Below are positions 1 through 10,799 of a DNA stretch of 64,000 nucleotides, piece by piece. The stretch spans positions 64,001-128,000 of the forward strand of contig CAJNOJ010000203.1 in the NCBI GenBank assembly GCA_905250025.1. The letters are read 5' to 3'. Both the position numbers and the translations under genes were made by a program. Source of the DNA: Adineta ricciae (lineage: Eukaryota). Below the pieces are notes generated by a model. It made no database searches and was not told where the DNA came from. It saw only the letters and a list, made by a program, of their open reading frames with translations. Position 1 is the stretch's first letter. The number at the start of each line of letters is the position of its first letter.

Positions 1-639
1 CGAACAGCACGTCATTCGATTCAGAATTTTCTCCTCTTTCAATGGAATTTATTTAGAAAAATTTCTGTCGATTTTTTTACGACCTAAAAATGGGAGGTTC
101 GGCATCTTGAAAAAATTTTTCGAAAAAGTTTTTTTTGAATACTTGACACATACTGCATTCGATAGAGAATTTCACGGGCTATCCGATTCACTAGTTGGAT
201 TTCGTCGAGCTATTATCGTTGTCGAAAACAATTCAAAGTTAAAGTGCCTTAAACTTTCTTCCCCTACTATAGTTTAAAATACGACAAAGGCTCTCAGAAC
301 ATATTCAAGCGATGGAACCCATCATTTCGATGCTTTCCGGATTTTGCAGCAAAGATTACTGATGGATATGATATATACAATCAATCAAAGAAAACGTGAT
401 TGTTTGATGTACGAATAGGAAGATAATAGAATGGCCGACTGAAACTTTTAATTCATTTTTTAACACATGAACTTATTTTCAAATGAACTCAGAATACAAT
501 ATTTTCATAAGAACATCCTATTGCGAGTATAAAAAGCAATGGCATAGTATCAGTTACAGTACATTTATTTCTCTTTTCTATGCTCGTCGAGTTCTTGATT
601 ATTTGGATGATAATGAATCATTGTCATTGTTAATGATAG

Positions 640-1071
640 TTAATTTGAGGATGCATCAGTTAGACCAAGCCAATAAGCCATCACAGCGAGAGCTACGTAT
701 GAGAAGAAATGAGCCACTACCATCAGATTGAATGAATAACCCACGGAGTCTTTAAAAAACGATGTAAATGCTGCTAATAGGAAGAACGTTGCAACGAATA
801 AGATGAGTGTTGGGACGTAACGAAGAATACCGCGAAGAATATCCAACATTTGCAAGACCAAAGCAACAACGGTAACAATTAATAGAATAAATGATATGAT
901 GGAAAGTGCAGGTGGAGCTCTATTACATCCATCCCCACTACAAAATATTCCATAACCACCTTGTGGTCCATATGCCCACCCTTTTGTAGCTAAGCCAATG
1001 ACGCAAAATAAGGCTGAAACCGCAGTAATAGCAATACCAGCGACAAACAAAATTCGACCTGAAATAGCCAT
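640..1071 (-). CDS. Four-transmembrane (claudin/PMP22-like tetraspan) membrane protein
   Basis: 143-aa ORF with four hydrophobic helices. The first extracellular loop contains W-x(n)-C-x(4)-C (TKGWAYGPQGGYGIFCSGDGC), reminiscent of the claudin/PMP22 signature. No recognisable catalytic motifs. Single exon as read. Confidence 0.4.
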   Translation of the reverse strand: MAISGRILFVAGIAITAVSALFCVIGLATKGWAYGPQGGYGIFCSGDGCNRAPPALSIISFILLIVTVVALVLQMLDILRGILRYVPTLILFVATFFLLAAFTSFFKDSVGYSFNLMVVAHFFSYVALAVMAYWLGLTDASSN

Positions 1072-2021
1072 GTCTTTCTCTTAATGCTATGAATCTGGCA
1101 GATTGTGAAGAAAGGCGATCGTTAGGAGAGTGGGCACAGAAGAAGGAGAAAAAAATGAGAGAGATCAAGTTTCTTTTTTTTTCTCGTGATATGCTTCCAA
1201 TGGAAGAAATTGAATAAGTCTTCTTGGTTAAATGTTAGCCAAAGAACATTTTGTATCGTTATGAGAACTATGTAAAATAGGAAAGGGAGAACGAAATGAA
1301 TAAACCTTTTCATGAGTAAAATATATGATCAACCGATGTGAGAGAAGGAAAGACAAATAGCACCTTTCTTTTAATCACCCGCTATTACATATATTAACAA
1401 AGAACTGAGAGAAAACGTTTTTTCATATGTTGACATGCATATTTCGTAGTACTGATGAATCAAAATTGATTTATTCGATTCGTTTCGATAATACTTCTAC
1501 GTATAGCAAATGTTATGCTTTATTATGTTGTCAGAAACATGCCAGGCATGTAGCAAAGTATGAGTCACTTTACTTAATCACTACTTCATATAAAGAAACG
1601 AGCATGTGTTCGTTTTGATTCGTCTTCATCGTGCAGAGATGTTCGATTGTTGACAAAAAGTATTGTATTAGCGATATCGGATATATTGCCAATATTTCAC
1701 AATCATGTCGTCGTCTAAAATGTAAGATCACAGAGAAGAACTTTGCCGTCAGTATAATACTTTATAAAAGTGAACTTTAACTCTTTTCTCATGTATTATA
1801 TTACGTACAGAACAAACGAAAATAAGTTCTTAGTAAAAGATTATAAAATTGCACATGAACAGTTATAACATGCACAACAACCGCCCATACAACCACAGCT
1901 ATTCAATGGGTAGTCATTCTCATAGATTATATGACGTCCTTGAGCATCGGAATATTGACAAAAACGAAATCGATTTCCTACGAATGAAAAGAATCAGTGA
2001 ATTATCGAATTATTCGAATGA

Positions 2022-2963
2022 TTATGTCGTACCTCGAGAAAAATCTTTCTTATTTGTATATTTCGCTTCTAGCACATATTCGATCTCTTCAAAATCCAGC
2101 CGTTCTATATCACACTCTAATCGGCGCATTTGATTCGATAGTTTCATGGTTTCATTCAAATGTTTGTCTTTATAATCACGCACTATATTGCTCTTCAACG
2201 GTACAGACGAATTATCCTCATTGATTGTGCGAACGAAATCTTCTATTGCTGACTCTTTCGTCCACGGCGTTTCCGATTTCGACCACATCGAAGCTTTGTT
2301 CACATGCGCGATTTTGTCCTCAGGTAAAAACGAATCCTGATAGTACCACATCGACACTCGCGTTTCCCACCAGACACGTAACGTAGCCGAATGGAGAAAC
2401 ACTCCATAACCTTCACATTTCGTACATTGTAATCGACCTTTTCCACTACACGTTTTACATATGATTAATCCGTCTTTACAAAGCGAACATCGAGTTCCAT
2501 CTGATTTTAATCCTTGACTACATGATAAACATTTCTCTGAGCCATTGACACAACGATGATTAGTACAAGTTAAATTTCCTTCTCCTTGACATACTTCACA
2601 ATTGCTTGTATAGTCATGTTCAGATAAAGATCGTTTTTGTTCGGACTTTTTCTCCGCGGAAATCGGTAGTTGAAATTGATAATCTAGCCAAATGTCAAAG
2701 ATGGGTTGAATCGAATGATTTATTCGTTTTTTCGTCGCTTTCTTTGTCCAAGAGAGCTCTCGGTTTTCGAAGAGGATTTTCATTCGACATTGATAAGCGG
2801 CTTTTTTTTCGATTTTCGTGATTTGTGCGTGATTTAAAGGACCAGAATAGTAACAACTCTTCGAATCTATGTACCTTTTCAATTCATCGAGATGTTTCGA
2901 AGGTTCTCTCGATGACAATTGACTTGGATCGATGATAATTCCCGTATGCACTTTATTCGCCAT
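2022..2963 (-). CDS. DnaJ-type CXXCXGXG zinc-finger repeat protein (SSUH2-like), no J domain
   Basis: 313-aa ORF containing four tandem CXXCXGXG motifs (CEVCQGEG, CSLCKDG, CKTCSGKG, CTKCEGYG) typical of the DnaJ central Cys-rich domain and of SSUH2. No HPD J-domain motif seen. Confidence 0.45.
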   Translation of the reverse strand: MANKVHTGIIIDPSQLSSREPSKHLDELKRYIDSKSCYYSGPLNHAQITKIEKKAAYQCRMKILFENRELSWTKKATKKRINHSIQPIFDIWLDYQFQLPISAEKKSEQKRSLSEHDYTSNCEVCQGEGNLTCTNHRCVNGSEKCLSCSQGLKSDGTRCSLCKDGLIICKTCSGKGRLQCTKCEGYGVFLHSATLRVWWETRVSMWYYQDSFLPEDKIAHVNKASMWSKSETPWTKESAIEDFVRTINEDNSSVPLKSNIVRDYKDKHLNETMKLSNQMRRLECDIERLDFEEIEYVLEAKYTNKKDFSRGTT

Positions 2964-3614
2964 CAGACGCAGCTTTCGATCAGCCGAAATTCGTTTTTAT
3001 GAGCGTTCTTACTAAAATCCTTTGCTGATACACACACCATAAAACATGTGTATATACATTCTTATCTTATCTTTTCCAGTAAATAGATTTTTCGATTTAC
3101 TCGTTGCCATAACAAATCAAATCATCAGCCAGTCGTCGCGATAAATCTTCTTGTACAGAGAGAACGATTTAACAATGACGGAGGAGTGGTCTTCACAAGC
3201 ATATCTCTGACATAATCATATTACTTTACTAATATCGACTGTAGTTCTGTGATGAAATTCAATCAGAACAGAGTAGACAAATCTGTAATTCAAGAGCACA
3301 GGTACATATTGATCTTATCAGACAGATGAAATCTATGTTTGATGTAACAAATTGCTTCGCCGTCGTTGTCATTTTCGACGTATTTCATCTGCGTTTACGT
3401 CTCGAGTACATAAAATACAATCCGATCATCATCATTGTCTTTTTCTCACCATCGATCGATGTACAATCAGCAAGAAAAGGACGTGCTTTAACATTTGTTC
3501 AAATAAATGCAGTTTGTATATGCGAGGGTGTTCGACGTGTTCAATCTCTGATATATAAATATCTTCAAAGTCATGCAATTCATTCATTTTTTTTAAGATT
3601 AAACTTATTCGAAT

Positions 3615-4290
3615 ATGAATTATATTCAACGTTCGTTTCATCCGACCACCGTACGAGAAAATGTTTCCTTACCATCGCAAACGGTGAAAGCATCATCATC
3701 ATCATCATCTTTGCATAATGGCGTACGTTTCAATGATTTAATACCAACAACGCAGCCTTGTGATGATCGAGAAAAATATCTCACTGCGTACAGATGAATT
3801 CAAATATTAATTTTGTCTGAATGAGTTATTTCTTCTAGGAAATATCCTCAACAGCAAATGCAATTGATACGTAAGCGTTTAAAAATTGAATTCTGGCTTG
3901 ATGATGAATTACGAATGCTTTACAATATCAAGGTATAATTTTGTAGTCAATCGAAAATGGTAGAGATGATTTTTATTATTCTAAGGATGATTCGGATGAA
4001 GACCATAACCACTGTCCGGGTGATTTGATCGATTCTCTTTTAGATATCGACGATGAATTTGAACGACGCGAATTTTTAGTCGTAAGTTGTCTTGCTTGCC
4101 ATTAATTCACTTCCTATTCGCAATCTGTAGGAGAAACTAAGAAATGTCAAACAAACTCGTTCGCTATTAATGGTAAATATTGATCAATTAGTTGATCATT
4201 GTCACATAAACATGTTTGTTTTCGTTTAGGATTTCATTGACGAATTGTTACATCGTGTAAAAATGTTGTAATTAGACAAAACTTATTTTT
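3615..4290 (+). CDS. PPP1R14/CPI-17-family-like PP1 inhibitor (multi-exon, boundaries approximate)
   Basis: Spliced reading gives ...KRLKIEFWLDDELRMLYNIK / SIENGRDDFYYSKDDSDEDHNHCPGDLIDSLLDIDDEFERREFLV / DFIDELLHRVKML*. This resembles the CPI-17/PHI-1 core (RRLDVEKWIDGRLEELY ... IDELLEL.SEEER ... FVQELLVKL). Introns carry GT..AG ends. Confidence 0.35.
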
Positions 4291-4561
4291 TATTTGTCTA
4301 TCTCGTTTGAATAGAAAAACTAATGAATGAAAAACTATTTCTACAGGTAGATGGGCACTAGCGCGACTTTGTTGGGCGAATGTATTCATGGAATTGTCGA
4401 TATTTTTCACGTTGTTTTCGAAGATATTTGTCAATTTGATATGTTATTTCATCGAAATCTTTTTGAATAATCACGTTGTATTCTCGCTCGAGATCTTTGA
4501 TTTGTTGTTGACTAGAACATGCAGAGAAAGAGTGTCAAAGTGAGAGAGCAAAGGATTCTTT

Positions 4562-5266
4562 CTACTCGACAACATTGCATGATGTGGAAAGAGCACGTGA
4601 GATTGGTTGAGGAGCATTTTTCACCGGTTTTAATTGATCGTCTCGGTACCAATCTTTACTATTCGCTGGTAGATTCTGTTCGACTTTGATTCCGACTTGT
4701 GATGGTCGCAGTGCTGGCTTAACTGCCAAGGATGTTCGTCCAGCGAAATGAGTTTGTCCCGAAGCGAAAACAGACCGAACTGAATTAATTGAATCGAATT
4801 CAATATAAACATATTCCACGCCATTGCCGGAAGAGACGCATGTACAATTTAATATGCGTCCATATCTGGTAAACGCCTGAATAACAAGGAAGACATGTTC
4901 ATTTATGAATTCGTTTGACAATCCTACTTTTTTAATAACATTTCGATCAAGTCTAGGGTTTGTATGAGCAATACAAACTTTTCTATCTAACATCAAACGT
5001 GCGTCTTCGTGGAAAGCTGCATCATATGAGTGAATATCCAGACGAATCCGACATATCGTGTGGTCGATTTTATTTGTTAGGAATACATTTATATCTGTTT
5101 CAGGCGAAAAACGTATAAAACGATAATCAATTAACCATTCGTCAGCAGCACGCGTGCAATTATGAAAGAATTCTTCAATATCACCAAACCGTTGAAAATA
5201 TTCCCGTAGGGTCTTGTCATCAATCGATTGGACATTTCCTACATAAATTACGTTGGAATAATTCAT
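4562..5266 (-). CDS. Hypothetical protein with two weak RRM-like segments
   Basis: 234-aa ORF. The N-terminal IYVGNV...LREYFQRFGDIEEF resembles RNP2 plus helix 1 of an RRM. A second VEYVYIEFDSINSVRSVF segment is RNP1-like. Assignment is weak. Confidence 0.3.
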   Translation of the reverse strand: MNYSNVIYVGNVQSIDDKTLREYFQRFGDIEEFFHNCTRAADEWLIDYRFIRFSPETDINVFLTNKIDHTICRIRLDIHSYDAAFHEDARLMLDRKVCIAHTNPRLDRNVIKKVGLSNEFINEHVFLVIQAFTRYGRILNCTCVSSGNGVEYVYIEFDSINSVRSVFASGQTHFAGRTSLAVKPALRPSQVGIKVEQNLPANSKDWYRDDQLKPVKNAPQPISRALSTSCNVVE

Positions 5267-6059
5267 CTAGAAAATGATTTCAGGACATGTACTTTTATTA
5301 AGAACATTCTCCGCCAGTCAGACAAAGTCAATTTAGTAATATCGAATCGATGATGAGGCACTGTTCGTAAACAGGATATACTAAGTAAACAGATGTCTCT
5401 AATAAGCGACCCGAGGTGTATTCTGATGTGGATGACCTATGTCATGTATGTTTGCTAGCAAGATCAACGTAAAACGATGGCGTGATTGGAATGATGTATG
5501 TGTGTTTCACTTGTCTTGCCGAATTAGTATGGGCTGTTTGTATACGCTTCGCAAAAATCTCATTTCCATTGAATTAATATCGATATACATCGATCACTTC
5601 TTCAAAATTAGTGTTAAAAATATTATCTCTTACGAAGTTTTTCTGTTTTCGACAGTATGACGTTCTTCTTTTTCTTTTCTTTGTCTGCTCCAAGACAATC
5701 TCAAATTGCGACTAAATGCCTCTCATGTTCCGCAATAGCAATTCTGCTTTCATTCGCTTTTCTATTTGTAAGAAATAGTACTCTCTCTCTTCTTCTATTC
5801 CTTGGCGAGCTCTATTCGATGAACTCTGGCTATGTGTCGATTGAACTAGATGACGCAGAGTGCTCGCAGTCAGTCAGAAAAAAAAGAATCTCATATTCGT
5901 CGTGCGAGAGAAACGCAAAAGAGGGAAAGAAGAAAAACTGGAACAACTCTGCACGAGACGTTCATTCTTTCGCTATCGACGTCAAACGCGCAACAGAAAA
6001 GCGAAGAAAAAACACAAAATATTATTGTTGTTTAGTCATCGCACGGATCTTTTGTTAAG

Positions 6060-6955
6060 ATGTCATCCGTTATTCATGCACTCACTGGACATGGTGTTCA
6101 TCCAGAAAAGAATTCCAATTCGTCCGCGGTTCACACAGTTACATATGAAGATGTCAAAGTTAAATCCGTAGTTAGTAGCCATACGGAAACCAAATCCGCT
6201 CCATCAGATGCAAAAAGTAAAATGAATGAATTGATGTCTAAATTGGGTATGTTTGTCAGATTTGTTTTTCTTAATATGAATGTTATTTTTGTATTTTCTA
6301 GGTTCGACACATGCGCAAATTGATGAATATTCACGTCGTCGTACACAAGAAATATCAGAGGCTGTCAAGGGTAGTATAGATAAGATTGTTCATCTGACAC
6401 AAGTGCAACAACAGCAGTTGCTCGATGACGCTGCAAAAGAAACGAACAAAATTGAAGACGAATTTAAGAATCGATTGATGGTGTAAGTTAGTCATTATGA
6501 GAAAAACCAAGTTCAGTTCTGCTTACTGTTTGTAGGGCGATCAATGAACTTGATCAAGATAAAGCAACGCAGTTAGTGGATTTAGAAAAGGATTTGAATC
6601 TTCATCAAGAACAGATTCTTGAATCAGCTCGCAAACGTATTGATGCAGTTCATGAGGAAGCAAATCGATTAAAGATGGTAAACAATGCAAGATTTCGTTT
6701 CTATTCGTCGTTTATGCTTCTATTTGTGTACATAGAATATTCTCAAAGAAGCTCAAGCGAAGACAAATTCAAAGATCGAAGAAATTACTGAAAAAGTAGC
6801 ACAGGTAAGACTATTAACACACTTCTCTTATATTCAAGCATTTCTGTTCGGATTTAGCTTGGAGCCGAGGATGCAGGTCGTCGTTTATCGACGAAAACAA
6901 CAACAATCATAACCACGCAAGCACAAGCTGAAAGTCATCCGACTAAACACAATTG
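6060..6955 (+). CDS. Hydrophilic K/E/Q-rich coiled-coil protein, 5 exons (~225 aa)
   Basis: Exons are approximately 6060-6247, 6302-6483, 6535-6680, 6741-6810 and 6858-6955. Introns have gtatgt/gtaagt donors and (t)nag acceptors. The translation is continuous and charged (…IDEYSRRRTQEISEAVKGSIDKIVHLTQVQQQQLLDDAAKETNKIEDEFKNRLM / AINELDQDKATQLVDLEKDLNLHQEQILESARKRIDAVHEEANRLKM …). No signal peptide. Confidence 0.5.
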
Positions 6956-7497
6956 ACCCTACTGTACATATTGTCGTTTAAACTATATAGTATTTGTAGA
7001 ATGTATGATCGTTGTATACTTCCTCGTGCGTACCATTCAGTATCATTATTACCAGTTCAGTACATTGTAATACAAGCTTATGCAATAATTATTTGTCAGT
7101 CTTATCTGGAAAATTTTATTTTCGAGTCATCATGCATTTGCGCTGTTGTTTGTGATTAATGACTAATCAGAAACGATGTAGAAAAAAGAATAAAAGAATA
7201 TTGGTGATAAGCTATTGCGATGTCCAAATAGAATTGGTACTGGAAAAATAGAAAAATATTGCGTTGAATTGATAAGCGTCTCTATGCAAGATATGATGAA
7301 AGTTATTGACCTTGTGAAAAACTAAAAAAGTGTTTTTTGTATCGATCTAACAAAACTTAATTCAACCGATAAGTGCAAAAATGATTTATTCGTTATCGTT
7401 TGACGAGAAAATCAATCAGATGACAATGTTATTCGTTTTGTATTACGCAGATGGGTGCTATCTCAGTTATACGTAGGTGTTCTCAGAAAGAATCGAG

Positions 7498-7505
7498 TAT
7501 AAAAG
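7498..7505 (+). promoter_or_regulatory. TATA box (TATAAAAG) about 82 nt upstream of the ATG of the 7587 gene
   Basis: The sequence gagTATAAAAGgagtg is seen directly. The paralogous gene at 19685 has the same element at the same spacing. Confidence 0.4.
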
Positions 7506-7586
7506 GAGTGCGTTTTTCGTTATAACTTCACCCATCATTCTCATCTTCTTATCCTCACTTACTACATTCGCACAAAACATTCAACA

Positions 7587-8391
7587 ATGAAAGCTGCTCT
7601 TGCTCTCATCTTCTTCGCTTGTGTTGCCGGTTCCATGGCTGCTGATGCCCGTGGTGACTTTCTTAACCAACTCGTCCAACAAGGACAAGTTGTTGCTCAA
7701 GGTGTCTTGAACCAACTTCAAGGTCAAATTCTCGGTCTTGTTCAACAAGCTCTCGGTCAACTCTCAACTCTTGTTGGTTCACTTGGTGGACGATTCGACA
7801 TCGACTTCAGCGCTATTCTCAACCAAATCAAACCCCTTCTTGCCGGAGCTGCCAATCAAGTTCTTGTTCAAATTCTTGGTAGCATCTCAGGTCTCATTGG
7901 TGGTATGTATCCATTTTCTCTTTGATAGCTTGCATCGCTATCGAATGTCTTCTGTAATAGGTCGTGCTAGCATTAACATTGGTGAAATCTTCAACGGTTT
8001 CCTCCAACAAATCACCACCCCACTTCTTGGTATTGGTCAACAACTCCTTAACCAAGGTTTAGCTGCCGTTCTTGGTGGAATCGCTGGATCACGTGGCTTC
8101 TCTGACATCTTCGCTTGTGAGTTTCGACACATCACCAATATCGAAAACAATACTTTCGTTATTTTCATTTTAGCACTCCAACAACAAGTCAGCGGTGTTG
8201 TGTCAGCTGCTCAAAGCGCTCTCTCAGGTGCTCTTGGTAGCCTCTCAGCTCTCGGCTCAAACATCCTCGATGCCTCAAAACCACACTGGGAACAACTTCA
8301 AGAACAACTCGTTGGTCACGGCCTCAACGTTCTTGGATCAATCTCAGAAACCATCAACAACGTCCATGGTTCAATCACCGGTGGTCGTTAA
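7587..8391 (+). CDS. Secreted Gln/Leu/Gly-rich low-complexity protein, paralog 1 (3 exons: 7587-7902, 7953-8116, 8174-8391)
   Basis: N-terminal signal peptide MKAALALIFFACVAGSMA. Phase-1 intron 1 (gtatgt...taatag) and intron 2 (gtgagt...cattttag) restore the frame. An AATAAA lies at about 8488 downstream. Paralog at 19685-20480. Confidence 0.7.
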
Positions 8392-8673
8392 GTGGCGGAT
8401 CGGAAATGATCGCTTTTTCCTCTAATCTAATTTTATTTTAATCTAATTTTAATTATATTCTCGGATGATGGGTTTGCATGAACGTCAATAAAAGGTCCCG
8501 TCATCACTGTTGACGCTCGAAATCGAAACTTTGCTATTACCTATAGAGAAAGAGAAACAAATTCCAGATAAAGTCAATACTGAATGAATATAGATTGATC
8601 ATATTTCCCCCTTTTTATATTTCAAGCAAATATACAAAGACTCAAGAATTGTAATATACATATACATAATGTT

Positions 8674-10599
8674 CTATAGGATATCTGTCGTTTGTATTGC
8701 TCCTCTTGAACACAAATCAGTATAGTCGGTTATATCATCATCATCATCATTATCAACGTCGTCGTCATCCTTCTCATCGACATCGTCGTCGTCCTCCTGT
8801 TCCTCCTCCTCCTCCTCATCATCATCGTCGTCTTGATCAGTGTTTTCTGGTTCATCTTCGTCCCAGTTATCCAGCTCGAACTCAGGACTAAACGGTGCTT
8901 GTTGATTTCCATCTTCGCGATCATGCAATAGACGATTGATAAGAAACGATGCACACGTTGTTTGAGGAAGATGCTGTGATGTTGATGGTAAACTCGTTTG
9001 TTGTTGTTGTTGCTGCTGCTGCTGACGAGAAAACTCCGTTGATATTGCCGTTGACACCAATTCGCTTTGTACGCGAAAGAAACCATCATTCCGCATAGTA
9101 TAGCTACACAAAGAAGGAAGAAACTCGCATTGACTTGAGAGATTACTCAATGACCTACCTCAATCGGGTACAGCCCATCGCTTTCCCGAGCTGATGAGCT
9201 TTCAGTAAATGCGCTGTCAGCTTTTTGCCTCGAGGAAAACGTCGTTCACATAGATGACAAGCATACTTGTATTGCCGCTAAAGAGAAAGTTTCTCACTTC
9301 TTGTTCACAAAATCTTCGCTTTTCCGTACTTCTTGTTTATCATCAGAACTTTTCATCTGTTCCTTTTCACGATTGTCTACGTCGTTGAGTTTGTCCAGCA
9401 ATGGAAGTAAATGCAAACGACGCCGATGAACAGTAAGACTATTTGCACATTTAAAACTGAGGAAGAGAGAAGAGAATGTTTATGACAATGAAGCATGAAG
9501 AGCAATGCCTTACGAGAGTGAACAATCCGGACATTGAAAATATTTGATATCAGTGTGACGATAGATAATATGTCGCTTCACTCCCGATGGGGTCGCAAAT
9601 ACTTGTGTGCAGTAAGGACACGCATGTTTCGTAGCTAAAACGAAGCGTTAGTAGTTGAATTGATTAGAATGCGAATTACTGTGTTTGTTGAGATGCTTTT
9701 GAAGGAGAGATTTCGACTGGAACTGTTGGGCACATTTTTCACATTGAAATTTCGGTGAGACTAGAAGAGACGATGTTGATTCCTTTCAAGTTCGTCGGTG
9801 TTTAGTCGTTTACCTTCGGTGGATAGTTGACAATGCTCGATAAATTTGACTCCACACGAAAACAAGGAGCCACACTGTGGACAAGCGATTGTTTTCTCTT
9901 GTGTATGCCGTCGTATATGCTCACGAATTCGATATGCTTTATCAGGACGATGTGTGCAACCTTAACATGAACAAAAGATGGTACAAAAACAAGTATTTTC
10001 TCGTCTCACCTGTCCAACGACAGACATCTGAACCGGCATGTTGATTAACATGTTCATAGAAAAGCTGTGCATGACTGTTGGTGTACTAAAGGTAAAGACG
10101 AAGAAAGAACGTCGAGCAGTGAACGAGAAGATAAATTACTTGGCAATCTCCCCAAGAACAGCGAAACTCAACGGGTAAATCTGGAATAATATTTCGATTT
10201 TCTGTCGACTTTTGACATAGAGGAATATTTGGATGATTGTGTTCGTAGGTTTTCATCCCCAAATATTTCAATTTCGTATGAAAACCATGGAATTTCACGT
10301 GTCGAATAAAGGACGAGATGTCAAATTCTTCGACATGACCGCAATTACGCCATTGACAGGCTAAGTCTATTCATAGAGAATGGACAATTTAGGCATTTAC
10401 AGTTTGAACACCATCGTTTCTTACGTGGTACTGCTTGATATTGATTGATATAGTTCGAAAGATGTTCATCTAAATGCTTATAGAATTCCTTGAGATCGTT
10501 TAATCGAACGCGACATTCAGCACCCCATTCACATTGTAAATCATATTCAAGTTCGCTAAGATTTGGTATATATCGTTTCAATCGTCGTTTCGCAGTCAT
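8674..10599 (-). CDS. C2H2 zinc-finger transcription factor (GLI/ZIC/GLIS-like fingers) with polyQ and acidic C-terminal tail; multi-exon
   Basis: The exon at 10345-10599 carries an atypical first finger C-x-W-x3-C…H-x3-H (LQCEWGAECRVRLNDLKEFYKHLDEHL). It is followed by EFRCSWGDCQ, as in GLI finger 2 (FVCHWGGC). Exons at about 9840-9960 encode classical fingers (CTHRPDKAYRIREHIRRHTQEKTIACPQCGSLFS). The terminal exon at 8674-9150 carries Q11 and a long D/E tract. Exon boundaries are not resolved. Confidence 0.55.
8998..9024 (-). repeat. CAG/CAA tract (Gln11-coding) in the zinc-finger gene
   Basis: The plus strand reads ttgttgttgttgttgctgctgctgctg, coding polyQ on the minus strand. Confidence 0.9.
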
Positions 10600-10799
10600 T
10601 TAATCTGAAACAAGAAACTCAGTGACATGAGCATTTTCTTGGCTTAGGCAAAAAATAAGTTCATTCTATGTAGAATCTGCACTGAATAAACACATTTTTA
10701 TGAACAGTCACTCATTCGGACATAGGGTTCTCTACGGCTTTGTGTTTCATGGTGCTAGCTAAATGGTACTATATTCACACTGATGTTTTATTCAGTTAA

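Noticed and set aside
483-731. 82-aa plus-strand ORF overlapping the 3' end of the 4-TM gene
   Set aside because: It overlaps a better-supported minus-strand membrane-protein ORF. It has no features.
5657-6171. K/R-rich ORFs (133, 61 and 103 aa) upstream of the 6060 gene
   Set aside because: They are low-complexity A/G-rich sequence in the likely 5' UTR or promoter of the coiled-coil gene. The frames overlap one another and there is no domain content.
8697-8891. His/Pro/Arg-rich 64-aa plus-strand ORF
   Set aside because: It is antisense to the GAT/GAA acidic tail of the zinc-finger gene. It is a pure repeat artefact.
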